Source: the human T2T-CHM13v2.0 reference genome, Homo sapiens
Assembly (NCBI RefSeq): GCF_009914755.1
Contig: NC_060944.1
Direction: 5' to 3' (one strand)
DNA length: 64,000 nt
Under the pieces are notes generated by a model that ran no database searches, was not told where the DNA came from, and saw nothing but the letters and a program-made list of their open reading frames with translations. Positions within the stretch are counted from its first letter, which is position 1; each line of letters starts with the position of its first letter. The translations under genes and the position numbers were made by a program. Positions 1 to 14,465 of the stretch are shown here, in pieces.

Positions 1-798
1 CATGCCTGAGAGCCCTCATCTCTTCTTGGCAAACCTTCATAGCTGGCTCTGTAATGGGGCCATTGTCATGCTGGGCCCAGACACAGGGTGAGGAGGTGAA
101 CTAGGGTGAAAAGTGGCTTAGAGTCAGGTGGCTGGCAAGCTCTGGAGGCTGCTGATCAAGGTCAACCTGAGCTGGGATAAAGAGAACAGGGCTGATTGGG
201 AGCATGTACAGGACACAGGTCAGGAACAGGCAGTAAATAAACATGAGGGGCACATGCAAAGCCTGAGCATAGGACAGGTTTCAAAGTTCCAGGCTAAGTC
301 TGAGGCCCAATTTGGGAAATGGGGAGAGACTATGGGCAGCTTGGGGGATATCTGTGACTCATAGACTCATTAGACTATGAGATGGGGTTTGAGGGCTGGT
401 GAGAGATCTTTGTATGACCGGAAGATCCAGGTGAGAGACTGGGTGACCAAGACAGTCAAAAACAGGGTGGAATTTGGATTCTGAGACGTTTGCCCCCAGC
501 AGGGGGTGAAGGTGGATATATGGGATATGGGTGGCCAGCTGGCTGTAGTGGAAAGTGAGGCAGCAGAGGGGACACCCGCAGCAGTTCGCTCCTTGACACA
601 AAAACTTCTCAGCCCTTCCTCAACTGTAACTTTTGTGGAAACTCTCATTGCCTCTCCCGGTGTGCTTCCTCCTGCACCTTTCTCTTGAGAACAGGCTCTG
701 CCTCTTAACTACAGTGGTCCAGCCTGAGTATTCCATCCCCAGCCGCCATGATGACTTCATGGTAGAAATGGCCACAGTTGGAGAAATCAGAGTCTTTG

Positions 799-1017
799 TC
801 CAGGAATTTTTTCTTTTTTCTTTTCTTTTTTTTTGTAAATGAATTGATACTGGTTATTTATTTGTTTGTGGTTTAGTCAGTTAAATTTTGCATTCTTTGC
901 AATACAAACTCTTCAGGTATCAGTTCCTCACCATCTACCTCCCATATACCTCTCATCCTTCCACAAGCTTTTACCTATATAAAGGCCAAATATCTCCTCA
1001 CAATATTAACAAAACTT

Positions 1018-1048
<31 letters not shown>

Positions 1049-1346
1049 TTATACTTTAAGTTCTAGGGTACCATCATTCTCAGCAAACTATCGCAAGGAC
1101 AAAAAACCAAACACCGCATGTTCTCACTCATAGGTGGGAACTGAACAATGAGAACACTTGGACACAGGAAGGGGAACATCACACACAAGGGCCTGTTGTG
1201 GGGTCAGGGGAGGGGGGAGGGAAAGCATTAGGAGATATACCTAATATAGATGACGAGTTAATGGGTGCAGCACACCAACATGGTACATGTATACATATGT
1301 AACAAACCTGCACGTTGTGCACATGTGCTCTCCAGGAATTTTTTCT
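799..1346 (-). mobile_element. 5'-truncated, 5'-inverted L1PA (about PA4/PA5) insertion with a 3' transduction
   Basis: TSD TCCAGGAATTTTTTCT at 799-814 and 1331-1346; T-rich tail 815-834; unique 835-1017; (TA)n/T-run 1018-1046; minus-strand L1 terminus 1047-1071; plus-strand L1 ORF2-end/3'UTR 1070-1326. Confidence 0.9.
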
Positions 1347-1456
1347 AATTTGAGCTAGCAGGGAGGTCACTCTTGTCTGTTTCATGGAGCTAGAAGGGTG
1401 TGAATCTATGATTGCTGGTGACTAAATTCTCTGCTTCTTGGAGAGAGTCTGTCTGC

Positions 1457-1560
1457 AGGGAGAGGGGAAGAGGGAAAAGGAGAGGCAGAGGGAGAAGGGG
1501 AGGGAGTGGGGAAGGGGGAGGGGAGGGGGAGAGGGAAGGGAGGGGGAGAAGAGGGGGAGG
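1457..1560 (+). repeat. G/A-rich polypurine tract with many G3-G5 runs (G-quadruplex-capable)
   Basis: AGGGAGTGGGGAAGGGGGAGGGGAGGGGGAGAGGGAAGGGAGGGGG seen directly. Confidence 0.85.
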
Positions 1561-1656
1561 TAAGTTGGTTTTCAGTTACTGAGGTCTCCTATCTGCCTGT
1601 ATTCCTAAAACTCTGCTTTGCATCCTTGAGCTACCTCAGGATCCTTCTCCCTAGAT

Positions 1657-1965
1657 TCTCCTTTCCTCCCCTCCCTTTTCTCCCTTCCCTCCCTCCCTCC
1701 TTCCTTCCTTCCTTCCTTCCTCCCTCCCTCCCTCTTTCTTTACTTCTTTTGTCTCTTTCTCTTTCTTTCTCTCTCTTTCCTTCCTTCTTTCTCTCTCTCT
1801 CTTTCACTCCCTCCCTTCCTTCCTCTCTTTTTCTTTCTTTTTTCTTCTTTTCTTTTCTCCTTCCTTCCTTCCCTTCCTTCTTTCTTTCTTTTTCTTTCTT
1901 TCTTTCTCTCTCTCTTTCTTTTTCTTTCTTTCTCTCTCTCTTTCTTTTTCTTTCTTTCTCTCTCC

Positions 1966-2019
<54 letters not shown>

Positions 2020-2168
2020 CTTTCTCTCTTTCTTTCTTTCTTTCCTTCTTTCCTTCCTTCCTTCCTTCCTTCCTTCCTTCCTTTCTTTCTTTCTTTCTTT
2101 CTTTCTTTCTCTCTCTCTTTCTTTTTCTTTCTTTCTCTCTCTCTTCCTTCCTTCCTTCCTTCCTTCTC
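1657..2168 (+). repeat. ~500-bp polypyrimidine compound microsatellite (TTCC)n/(TTTC)n/(TC)n
   Basis: Almost pure C/T; perfect (TTTC)n around 1967-2018. Confidence 0.97.
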
Positions 2169-2647
2169 ATGCTAGTTTGAGTTGAGGTTTCTCTCACTCA
2201 CATACAAAAGTGTTCTGACTACTGTAACAAGATTTCCAAATAGTGGCAGCCCTTCTTTTCTTGAATCTCTCTCTTTTTTGGTTTTGTGGCTCTCAGGTCT
2301 CTCAGCTCTCTAACTGGATCCCCACTCTGACTTCTGCTGGCCACTGTTTCTTCTGCTGCTCCATGGTGTCTTTCCCCATGATTCTGTACTTCCCTTTCTA
2401 CTTTTTGCTTTCTAGGCATTATCCTCAGATAGCTCACCCACTCACACAGCACTAACTGCCACTGCTGGGGGAGACCATTTAACAGTCCATCCTAGAGCTC
2501 TAGTGGCTGGTCTGGATGACAGCTATATCCATATAATACCTCACAATGGTCCAGAAACTTATTACTACATTGTGCAATAAGAAATACATGGGCTTTTGAA
2601 ACTAGGCAGGCCTGAGTATAAATACTGGATCTAAGCATAATGAACTA

Positions 2648-4469
<1,822 letters not shown>

Positions 4470-4588
4470 TCAGGACATATTTGGTTGTATGAAAATCCAT
4501 CCTCACTAGTAAAGAGGTGTTTTAATTTAGAGAAATAAGGAGCATCTTACAGGCATCAAAGAACAAGAGACAAAGTATATAGGTGGGC

Positions 4589-5156
4589 TGTGGTGTTCAA
4601 AAACCTGTCTACAAATTACTTGACATTTCTTCGTCAATAGAGCGGGTCTTTTTCACCTCCCCTAAACTACTGCTGGCCTCCATACCTTGCTGCTGAATGT
4701 AGAATGCATCAGGAGTGGATGCCTCATGACTTCCTAGGCTAGGTCATAAAAGGCAATGCAGCTTCTGCCCGGCTCTCTCTTGGCAGACCCAGGGCTTTGG
4801 AACATTGAGCAGCTTCCAGGAAGACTTCCAGGTTTCTGAAACCACCTTGAAGGAGAGACCATGTGGAAAGACCATGTAGAGATAGAGAAAGATGCCTGAG
4901 GAGCCCAAGTTGTTTCAGCCCCACCTATGTGATCTTCCCAACTCAGGCCTCCAAGATGCAAGTGAGCCATCCATCCATCCATTGATTGCAGCGCCAGCCA
5001 CTGTTTGATGGCAACCACATGACAGACCTCAAGTGAGAACCACCTAGCTGGTCCCAGCCAACCCCAGAAATGTGGGAAATAAGAATAATATGATTATTGG
5101 TCTTTCAGACTGCTCAGTTTTGGGGTGATTGTTACAGATCAATAGATAACTGAACA
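4589..5156 (+). mobile_element. MLT1 (G/H-like) MaLR solo LTR
   Basis: TG...CA ends; AGGTCATAAAAGGCAATGCAGCTTCTGCC; 3' end TTTTGGGGTGATTGTTACAGATCAATAGATAACTGAACA. Confidence 0.8.
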
Positions 5157-6229
5157 CAGGTTGAGAGTATAAGATTTGGAAAGCTGAGTTTATGCCCTCT
5201 GTCTCTGATGAGGCTATGAGGCCTTTTGTCCTTGCATTTTTCTGTGCCCTATGCTTTCTTCATCTGCATCTCTCTGCAGCTGAGATTTCTGTTGCTTAGG
5301 ACTCCTCTGTTCTCCACAACTTCAGCTTTGACTCATTTGGCTCTGGCTTTGGTATTGAACTCCTACCATCTCCTACCGGACCCAAACTCTGGTTCACTTG
5401 GTTCAGATCCTCAGTAGAGTGAACTTGACCACCTCACCATGGTCTATGAGATAGATTTCCTGGGTGAGATGCCTCAAGGTGGTCAATTGTGGCTGAGAGC
5501 TGCGTGGGTGGGGATATCAGTGTGGTAGCAAGGATGCAGGCAGGTTAAAATGTTTTAGACAAAGGTGAGGATGGGAAGGCAGTGGTCAGCATCTTAAGCT
5601 CAGCTTGAAAAATTTCTTTTCCTTTTTTGTATTCATAACTAAAAATTTGATGTTGAGGGTAAATAGGCAGAGATGCTTAAATTAATTTCTCAGAGTTTTG
5701 GTTATAAAATGATGATCTATGTATAAAATATCCAATACAGATGCCTGGCAGATGAAAGACAACAAGATTAACTTCTCCCTGCCTTCTGCCTTTCTTTTCT
5801 CCTCTCTAAAAGACAAAAAAATTCTAAAATCCAATTCCTTGTCTTAGCATTTTAAGTTGCATTCCTTTCAACCTCATCCTCCTCCAATTCTCTGCTGAAC
5901 CTTGTACCCTGGCCAAACAGTTCATTTTAAATAATCCAGGAAATAATGGAAGATTTATCATGCTTTCTTCATCATTGCACAAGTGATTTTCATACAGTAG
6001 TTTCTAAATAAACATTTCAGGACGGATTGGCTGTTGATAATTCATCTAGAAGTCATATAAATCATGATGATTGGTCATTCAGAGCCAATCCCTGACTGAC
6101 CAATCATCAATTTTTCAGTGTCTGTGGCTGAGTGGATGAAATTCACACTCTCACCATGCCTTACAAAGCCCTATGTGATCTTATGTCTGCTACCTCCCCA
6201 TCACTGCTCATTAATCTTCAGACAAACCT

Positions 6230-6620
6230 TCCCTTTCCTTGTTTTTTACACAGCTCCTTCCTGCATGAAAACCTCCATCCATGCTATTCCATGTTTCTGA
6301 AACATTCTTCCTCTTACCTCTTCACCTGGGTATCTTCTGAGTCTTAACTTAAAGATCACTTTCTCACTGCCTCCTCCTTCTACATCACACTAAATCATGT
6401 CCCTTATTCTATCTTATTATGGGACCTGGAACTTTCCTTCACTACATTCATTGTAATGACAATAACATCAATATATATATAAGCTGATTTATATAGTATC
6501 TATACCCAACCAGACTGCAAACAACTTGAAGGCAGTGGTTGTGTCTGTCTCATTCACAGTCGTACCTCTGATGTTTATCATTGTGCTTGGCTCAACATAG
6601 ACACTGAGCCATTATATGAA
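6230..6620 (+). mobile_element. L2 LINE 3' fragment
   Basis: GACTGCAAACAACTTGAAGGCAGTGGTTGTGTCTGTCTCATTCAC...GTGCTTGGCTCAACATAG resembles the L2 3' end. Confidence 0.6.
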
Positions 6621-7974
6621 TAAAAGAAGATGGTCACTAACACTTATATGACGCTTACAGCATGCCAGGCATATTGTAATTTCATTTAATAAGATTGAGT
6701 GAATGAGTGAATGTGCATAATGTAAACTATTCTCCTGATTTAGAAAAAAGTCAGTATTTTAAAGCCTTCACACACTATAGCACACCTCCTAGGTGCTCAG
6801 TGGATGGTATGCTATCAACTTACTTTACTGAGTTTGACAGCACTGTCTAAAGAACTCTCTGAGACTCTCTGTGTAGCAGAAGAAATTACCTAGTGCTGTC
6901 ATTGTGATTCTGAGTGAAAGAGGGCAGGTTGGGTTCAGGCTTTTCTCCACGTTTCAGTCTGTGGTTTGCTCTGGTTTCCTCTGACCTGTAACACTATCTG
7001 ATAGAAGATTCTCAAGGCCTGATCATTTTTAGATGTTTATTTGCCCCTCTGCTTGCTAAGATTTCATGCCTATTTATCACCTACGCTAAAGAACAGGGCT
7101 GGCTCACCAGAAAATAACTGACAGATGAGGTTGTGTAATGAGAAAATTAGAACTTCATGACTCCCGTGCAAGCTTAGAGTCCATCGTAATAGCTTGGAGC
7201 TTGCAGCAGCTTCTGAGTAGAAGGGAGACCTGATTCTAGGAAGAAATATGATAATTGGAGACCCGGGGGAGGTCGACTGACTTTGGCCAAGTAAGAAATT
7301 ACCTTCAGTTGTTCTGTTACTGTAATTCAGCAACTCCAATTATCACAAGGTAATAAAGTGTACATGTCCGAATCCATTAAAGGAGCTTTAATGAAATCAT
7401 TATACCTATGATGCCTAATTATAGTTGGTATTACTCCTATGATTAGTGTAGGGCTAGTGAAATATAAGGAATCAAAGAATGGGCCAATTAATACAATATG
7501 TGAAAATTCTCCCATGCTGCTTCATGTTTAGGGTGAGGATTGGGCATTTCCCTGGGGCAGAGAGAAGCACAAAGCAGAAAACAGCTCCTCTGGGAGGGAA
7601 AGAAGGAGTAGGTGCTTCTAAACTCTGGACTGATTATTACTCAAGCAGTGAATCTGATTTGAAGCTTTCTGGTTGCCATGGCAGGTAAGGAAACAGAAAG
7701 ATACACAATGTTCATTTCTTGAAAACAGGCAGCACACACATTTATCTACCAAAATGGCATTCTTTAAATTTCTGCAACTTTATTCAAATAGAAATTTATC
7801 ACTTGGCTTCTGGTAGCTTCTTCCTTCTCTAATTCCTTTATGGCCTCTCCTCCCGACTTTGAGCTAAGCACCAATTCATCTCCTGTTCTTCCTCCTTCAC
7901 TTCTCTTTTTCAATCTGTAGAAACAGGGAAGAGTTTGGTTGAAAATTGTTTTTTCGTCAGCACAGAGGTTCTTC

Positions 7975-8130
7975 CACTGTCTTTCTGAGCCTCAGTTTTC
8001 TCTTCTGTGAAAATGGTGATTATGTTATCTCTTTAGCAGGGCTGTTTACATAATCAGTGCCTATTCCACAAATGTGTAGTGAGTGCTTTCTGTGTGCAGG
8101 GCTGTGCTTGTATAACAGACATTGAGCATA
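7975..8130 (+). mobile_element. MIR SINE fragment
   Basis: Core CTGAGCCTCAGTTTTCTCTTCTGTGAAAATGG. Confidence 0.7.
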
Positions 8131-8213
8131 ATATGACATAGTTATCCTCAACTGTAAGTGTAGGAAGGCCGTGAAGGCACTTTGTTCAATAAATAAATAA
8201 ACCTCTTGCAAAC

Positions 8214-8215
<2 letters not shown>

Positions 8216-8266
<51 letters not shown>
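8216..8266. repeat. (TA)n microsatellite, ~21 perfect units followed by (TATG)n
   Basis: Seen directly. Confidence 0.97.
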
Positions 8267-8270
<4 letters not shown>

Positions 8271-9833
8271 AAAACAGGCCAACTACTTTAAATCAGCAAA
8301 TTTCCTAGACAATGCCAGAAATGCTCACCATGAAGACATACATTATATCCCTTTATGTCTAAGGAATATTTTGCTATACATTGTCATAAACACAGGAATG
8401 ATTATGTCCATGTTATAGATGAGAAAACTGAGGACTTGAGAGGTTAATTAACATTGAATCTGAATTAGCAGCAGCATGTAGGAAGTTTATCTCCCTGGTT
8501 TTCTCAAATGGGGGATGCATATGATTTTCATAAGTGCTATACAATTATTTGGGGCAGAATGCTGGTTGTTGACTTTTAAATTTGGATTTATATCATTATA
8601 TGCCACTTTCTAACCCCTATAATTATTTTTAAATTATGACGTACCATAGGTTATTGTAAACACAATAAAACCCCAAAGTACATATGAAAAGTGAAAATGT
8701 GAAAACCCCTGCACCCATTTCTCTCCTGTATCCCATCCTCCACAGATGATCACTCTTCACTATTTTGGACACCTTAGGTAGACTGGAGATTCTGCCAGAA
8801 TTTTGAAACATTCGATAATGTGATGAACCTAGAAATGCCAACCACTTCTTCCAGTCTGATGGGCTTCCTGGGGGAGTTATGTGCTAAAAGCAGACACCCA
8901 GTGGGAGATACAAAACTGCCTTATTAGTAGCAGAGACAGTGACTGATATCTACCAGTGCAGAAGTCTGCACTCCCACTTGGAGGCAGGAAGCAAAGAACC
9001 ACCCATGTTTTTAACGCAGTGACCTGGCCCATTAGCACCCTTGTTTAATCAGTGTCTTAGGTTTTGGTCAGTTAGACTGGAGATACCTCTTCCCTTTGGG
9101 GAAGGTAGGGGAGAGCTGTGGTGGCGGTAGGGTGGCTTGTAGCATCTTTTTTTCCATAGGATTGTATAAACTAGCCTGGACTGGAGTAGTAGCACTGTTC
9201 CTACCCTGCAGCCCAGGTCTTCCTACATCCCCACAGTTCTCTCTTGACTGCAAGCCATAGAAAGCCTGGCCAGCAGCATTTGCACCAGCTCCAGCATCTT
9301 ATCTCCCGGCTTCTCTGGGCAGTTTCCCTCTAGACCTTTCCTGGCCACAGTCTGGCTTCTGACTCTTTAAAGACCCCAGGTGCCCACCCAGTGTGGTGTG
9401 GTGCTCTTTGAAATGCCTCTTCTCTCAGCCTTCATTTTCCTCCCAGGTTTGGGATCGGAAACTCCTGACTTTGGTGCTGGAAGACAGGCTGTTCTGTGTT
9501 CTCGAGTAGGAAGTGTCTCTGCCAGGCTTGAGCTGGCTTAAAATGGATCTGCCATACATTGATAGAAAAGCCTTTTGGATCTGTTCATGCAGTTATCGCT
9601 CACAAACTATCTTGTAGTGTCTATGGTGATGCCAGTTCCTGTGTGTGTATGTGGCCAAGTAGGGGTGGGTTGTTTACATATATGAATCAGGATCTTTCTT
9701 CTCCACGAAATTTATTTCATTCATTCAGAATTTACTGAGCATCCACCACATGGCAAATGCTGTGTACCTACGTGCTGGACATATAGAGGTGCAAACAAAG
9801 TCTCATGTCTTTCCTCACATGTCTTAGACACTA

Positions 9834-10205
<372 letters not shown>

Positions 10206-10782
10206 CTATAGATACAAGAGGTTTCTACTTACAAAGTTGTATTCACATTTCTTGAGACAGTGTGGTGTGGTTGGCAGTGCATGAATAGCTTATCTACATT
10301 TTCTAAGCTTTATTTTGTATTTTCAACTACAAATTTAAGGTCCTAGCTTGAATTGAATCAAAGCTGGTACCACTTGTGGAGGTTTCTTTCTAAGGACTGT
10401 GCCTAAGGTGAAAACTGAGCGTAGTCAAAATTTCCCCCTTAAAAACAATTACAAATCCTTTCAATCACTCACAAAGTCCAACATATACATAGTTTTCTGT
10501 ATACATTACAATGTATAAATTCATAATTTAAGCAATTCATGGGCAATCATATATAGTATTTGAGTTGATATGCAAATTTTAATTTTGTACTGTATTTGTA
10601 AATTTTTAAAAATGGCTAAACTATGAAATTACTAATATTTGAACATTTTTAACCTATACAAATTATAATTTCACCTGATCCAACCCAATAAATAACTATT
10701 TTTCTCTTTTGCCTTATACAGCATTAAATTGATGTTATTCTATATGGGACTCTAACTGCAAAGAATTGTTCCAGAGATATCA

Positions 10783-10932
10783 TTTTTGGGGTGATAGAAA
10801 TATTCTAAAAATTGGGATTGTGGTGATGGTTACACAACTCTGTAAATTCACTAAAAGTCATTAATTTGAACACTTACAATGAGTGCATTTTATGGTATAT
10901 AAATTGTGCCTCAATAAAACTATTAAACAAAA
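10783..10932 (+). mobile_element. Old L1M (MB/ME-like) 3' end
   Basis: GGGGTGATAGAAATATTCTAAAA...GTGGTGATGGTTACACAACTCTGTAAAT...CCTCAATAAA. Confidence 0.8.
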
Positions 10933-11719
10933 TGAAAGAGCTCAAGACTAGACACATGGATGAGGTCTGGTATATGGAGTTTTCCATGATGCCTTTGATG
11001 AGGTATCTCACAACATCCCTTTTGAGTTAAGTCAGGTCTGGCTACTCTGTATAAGGAAAAGGCTCAGAGGGATAAGGTGACTGAGCCAAGGTCACACAGC
11101 ATGTACCTAGCAGAGCAGGGATGGAAATACCATCTGGCACTGAGACACTAGGCTGATTCCATTTCTTTTCATGCAACCGGGATTGGGGGAGCTCCCTTCC
11201 TTCTCACTATCCCTCTGAATGCTCTGACATGGTTTGCTCCAAAGCATATCTTGGGAACTGAGCAGCCTGGGAGTGGAATGACTGTGGAAAATGGATTTGC
11301 ACAACTGCCTCCCTGGGCAGCCCACTTTGGAAACCATTTGTGACCTGTAATTGACCATGACGATATAAAAATTGGAAGCTGAAAATTACAAACATGTGAG
11401 GTTATTAGATGGTGAAATTGCAGCTTCCCATCAGCCTGCTGCTTCCTGAATTCTCAGTTTTGCTTTTGGGGGCTAGAGCTTGGCAAATCCTCATGATACA
11501 CCCCCTCCCTTGCCTGAATGTGCTCCAGGCTACCTGTTTCCCCTGCTCAGGGGAAAAAGAACAAGAACCCTGATACCCAGCTGGGTGAGCCACTAAGCAG
11601 AGGAGAGAAAAGCCTCTACTTGTCCCATCAGGTTCTATCACATTGCATCCCTTTGAAGCTGTGCATCTGATCTGAGTCATCATCAGGGCTCCCCACTTGC
11701 TTGGCCTGACAAGGGCTTG

Positions 11720-12185
11720 CAAGGCCTCCAGTTACCTCTCTGACCTCATCACCCTCACTCTAACCTTAATCTCTCCCTGCTCACGATGATTGACTAACCT
11801 GGCTATTCCTCCAAAGTGTCAGCACACTCCTGCCTCCACATGTTTGCACTGGCCGTGCCCTCTACCTGAGATGCTCTTTCCTCAGACATCTTCATGGCCA
11901 GCTCCTGCAAGCCTTTGGCCAAATGTCACCCTTTCAATGATGTCTACCCCGACTACCAGGCTCTATCAGCCACCCCCAGTTCCTTATCTCCTTACTCTGC
12001 TTAATTTTTTCCCACATTGCTGATTATCTTCCACAACAACATATCATATAATTTACATATCCCATTTAGGATTCATTGTCCACTTTTCTCCTGGGGATAT
12101 CAGCTCCTCGAGGGCAGTGAAAGTGCCTATTTGTTTACTGATACATCCTAAGTGCTCACGAAGAGTGCAAATTAATCTCCAATAA
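11720..12185 (+). mobile_element. L2 LINE 3' fragment
   Basis: CACTCCTGCCTCC...TTTGCACTGGCCGTGCCCTCTACCTGAGATGCTCTT and AGCTCCTCGAGGGCAG motifs. Confidence 0.75.
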
Positions 12186-12199
12186 AACTTCGTGGCATC

Positions 12200-12810
12200 T
12201 TTTTTTAATGACAGCTTTAGTGAGGTATAATTCACATACCATGCAATTCACCTATTTAAAGTGTGCAATTTAATGTTTTTTAGGATGTTTGCAGGGCTAT
12301 GCAACCATCACCACAAATTGAACATTGTCACCACCCTCAAAAGAAACCCTGTACCCTGTAGCCATTTTTCATTTCTCTCTAACCTCCTGTTAGGAGAGGC
12401 AGCCACTAATCCACTTTCTGTCTCTATAGATTTGCCTCTTTGAACGTGTTATATAAATGGAACCATGCAGTATATTTTGAAGCTTTAACCATGTTGTAGT
12501 GTATACTAGCACTTTCATTTTAGAGCTGAATAATATTCCATTGTGTGAGTATATTGCATTTTATTGATATATTCATTAGCTCATAGATACTAGGGTTATT
12601 TCTACTTTTTGACTTATAAATATTGCTGCTATGAACATTCACATATAAGTTTGTGTGTGGACATATGTTTTCTATTATCTTGGGTATATACCTAGGAGTG
12701 GAATTACTGGGTCATCTGGTAACTCTCTATTTAACCTTTTGAGGAACTCCCAGATTTTTTTTAATGGCTGCACCATTTTATAATCTTACCAGCATTATAT
12801 GAGGGTCATG
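12200..12810 (-). mobile_element. L1MB-like 3' UTR
   Basis: CAGCTTTAGTGAGGTATAATTCACATACCAT...CTTGGGTATATACCTAGGAGTGGAATTACTGGGTCAT. Confidence 0.88.
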
Positions 12811-13344
12811 TTATGTGTTTTAAAAGTTAAACACCTCAGTCAACAAAGAGATCCTAAATGTTTTGCTGAATAAAATATTCTGATGTCATTCAAACACATG
12901 TCACTGTGTTTCTTTCAAATAGGTATTTTTGAGATGACTTTTCTCCCTTCTCCCTTCTCTGTGTGTTTCAGACTCCCATTCCCTAGAAACATTGTGAAAG
13001 AAGTCTTGGGAATTCGCAGGGATACAAGGATGCCTTTGAAACTGATGTATTAAACTAAAGTGAGGTGGTCCTGGCCTCTGGTGGCTGAGCACTTTTGTGC
13101 AGTGTGGCCCTTATAAATAACAGGGCCTGGTTGTAAATTGTGATTCTGTAGTCTTTTTCCACAACGTGTAGAACAGTGCTGTACATAAAAGTGGAACTTG
13201 GACATAACAGGTGTTCAGTTATTATGTTTTAAATAACTGGCTGAAGTAATCATGGCAGGTGTACTCTCAGATGTTGGGAGTGCTCAAAATCGACTTACTT
13301 CCTCAAATATTTGTTGTTCCTTATAGTGATGAGGGTAGAGCAAA

Positions 13345-13796
13345 CATTGTTGGTGCCATGCTCAGATCCCCCTACCTTCAGCCCACACCAGAGGTTACCT
13401 GCAAACTCTTCCGGTATGTGGTGGCAGCTCTGAGTCTCTGTCTGAGGGCATTTTTTGGTCACAGATGGTTGTTCACCATGCATTTGGAGCAGCCACAATT
13501 TCTGGGGACCCCAGGAACAACTCAATCAATGAGGGCTGGAAGTTGGTGATAAATACCCCAGCTTACTTGCCAGCCAGTTGAGGAAAAATCCTTGGATGTA
13601 ACCACAGTCTCAGGATCCCTACTGGGATTGGGCCCAGTGGCCCAAAGTGGGAACCAGCCCTCTTTTCTGGCTTACTTTTACTTCCTGTCCCATTCCCCAC
13701 TCCCTCTTGGGGCTATTGGGATAACATCACAAATACATGACTGTCACCTGAATCCTTGTCTTAGCGTCTACTCCTGATGAAGCCCAACCCAAGGCA
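13345..13796 (+). mobile_element. LTR16-family (ERVL) solo LTR
   Basis: GGAAGTTGGTGATAAATACCCCAGC; 3' end AATCCTTGTCTTAGCGTCTACTCC...AACCCAAGGCA. Confidence 0.7.
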
Positions 13797-14075
13797 ACCC
13801 TTAGGATTTTGTATTCATGGACTACCTGGCTGGTCAGCAGAAAGCAGCTCCTGGTCTGTGGTAGTCCTGCTGGGCATCTGGCAGTGAGTAAAGATTTGAT
13901 TTGAATTTGCATGTCAGAGATTTGGAATTGGGACTAATCAGCTGTGACTGGCGATTCCAGGAAGCAGGAACTAGAGGGAGGACAGATGGTATTATGAGTG
14001 CTTGTGAGGGGGTGAGGCAGCATGTGGGAGGGACAATCTGAGACTCAGGGATTATGCAGAGTGTCCCTCACCAGG

Positions 14076-14465
14076 AGTATTAGTTTGTTTTGCATTGCTG
14101 TAAAGGAATACTTGAGGCTGGGTAATTTATAAAGAAAAGAGGTTTATTTGGCTCATGGCTCTGCAGGCTGTAAAAGCATGGTGTCAGCATCTGCTCAGCT
14201 TCTGGGGAAACCTCAGGAAGCTTACAGTCATGGTGGAAGGGAAGGGATAGCAGCCATGTCACATGGTAAGAGAGAGAGGAGGAGGTTCTAGACTCTAACT
14301 CTTTAGCTCTTGCATGAACTCATTACAAAGGTGAGAGCACCAAGCCAGTCATGAGGGATCCACCTCCATGACCCAAAGGCTCACTTCCAACTAAGGATCA
14401 CCTCCAACATTTGGGATCACATTTCAACATGAAATTTGGAGGGGACAAATATCCCAACCATATCA
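14076..14465 (-). mobile_element. MST (MSTB-like) MaLR LTR, left arm of the palindromic element
   Basis: GTATTAGTTTGTTTTGCATTGCTGTAAAGGAATAC ... AAATATCCCAACCATATCA is the reverse complement of an MST LTR. Confidence 0.92.

Larger units (their letters stand above)
690..2225 (+). mobile_element. Old MLT1-family MaLR LTR, interrupted by an L1 insertion and by purine/pyrimidine simple-repeat expansions
   Basis: Typical MLT1 3' end GCTAGTTTGAGTTGAGGTTTCTCTCACT...CAAAAGTGTTCTGACTACT at 2171-2223; MLT1-like sequence on both sides of the L1 TSD; left boundary approximate. Confidence 0.55.

Noticed and set aside
495-509. CTCF-like CCAGCAGGGGGTG (and AGCAGGGGCGC near 59760)
   Set aside because: Each mismatches a high-information core position; not distinguishable from chance without ChIP data.
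1506-2197. Long ORFs of 224 aa (+) and 188 aa (-)
   Set aside because: Translations of the C/T microsatellite (F/L/S/P or K/E/R/G only); stop-free because of base composition.
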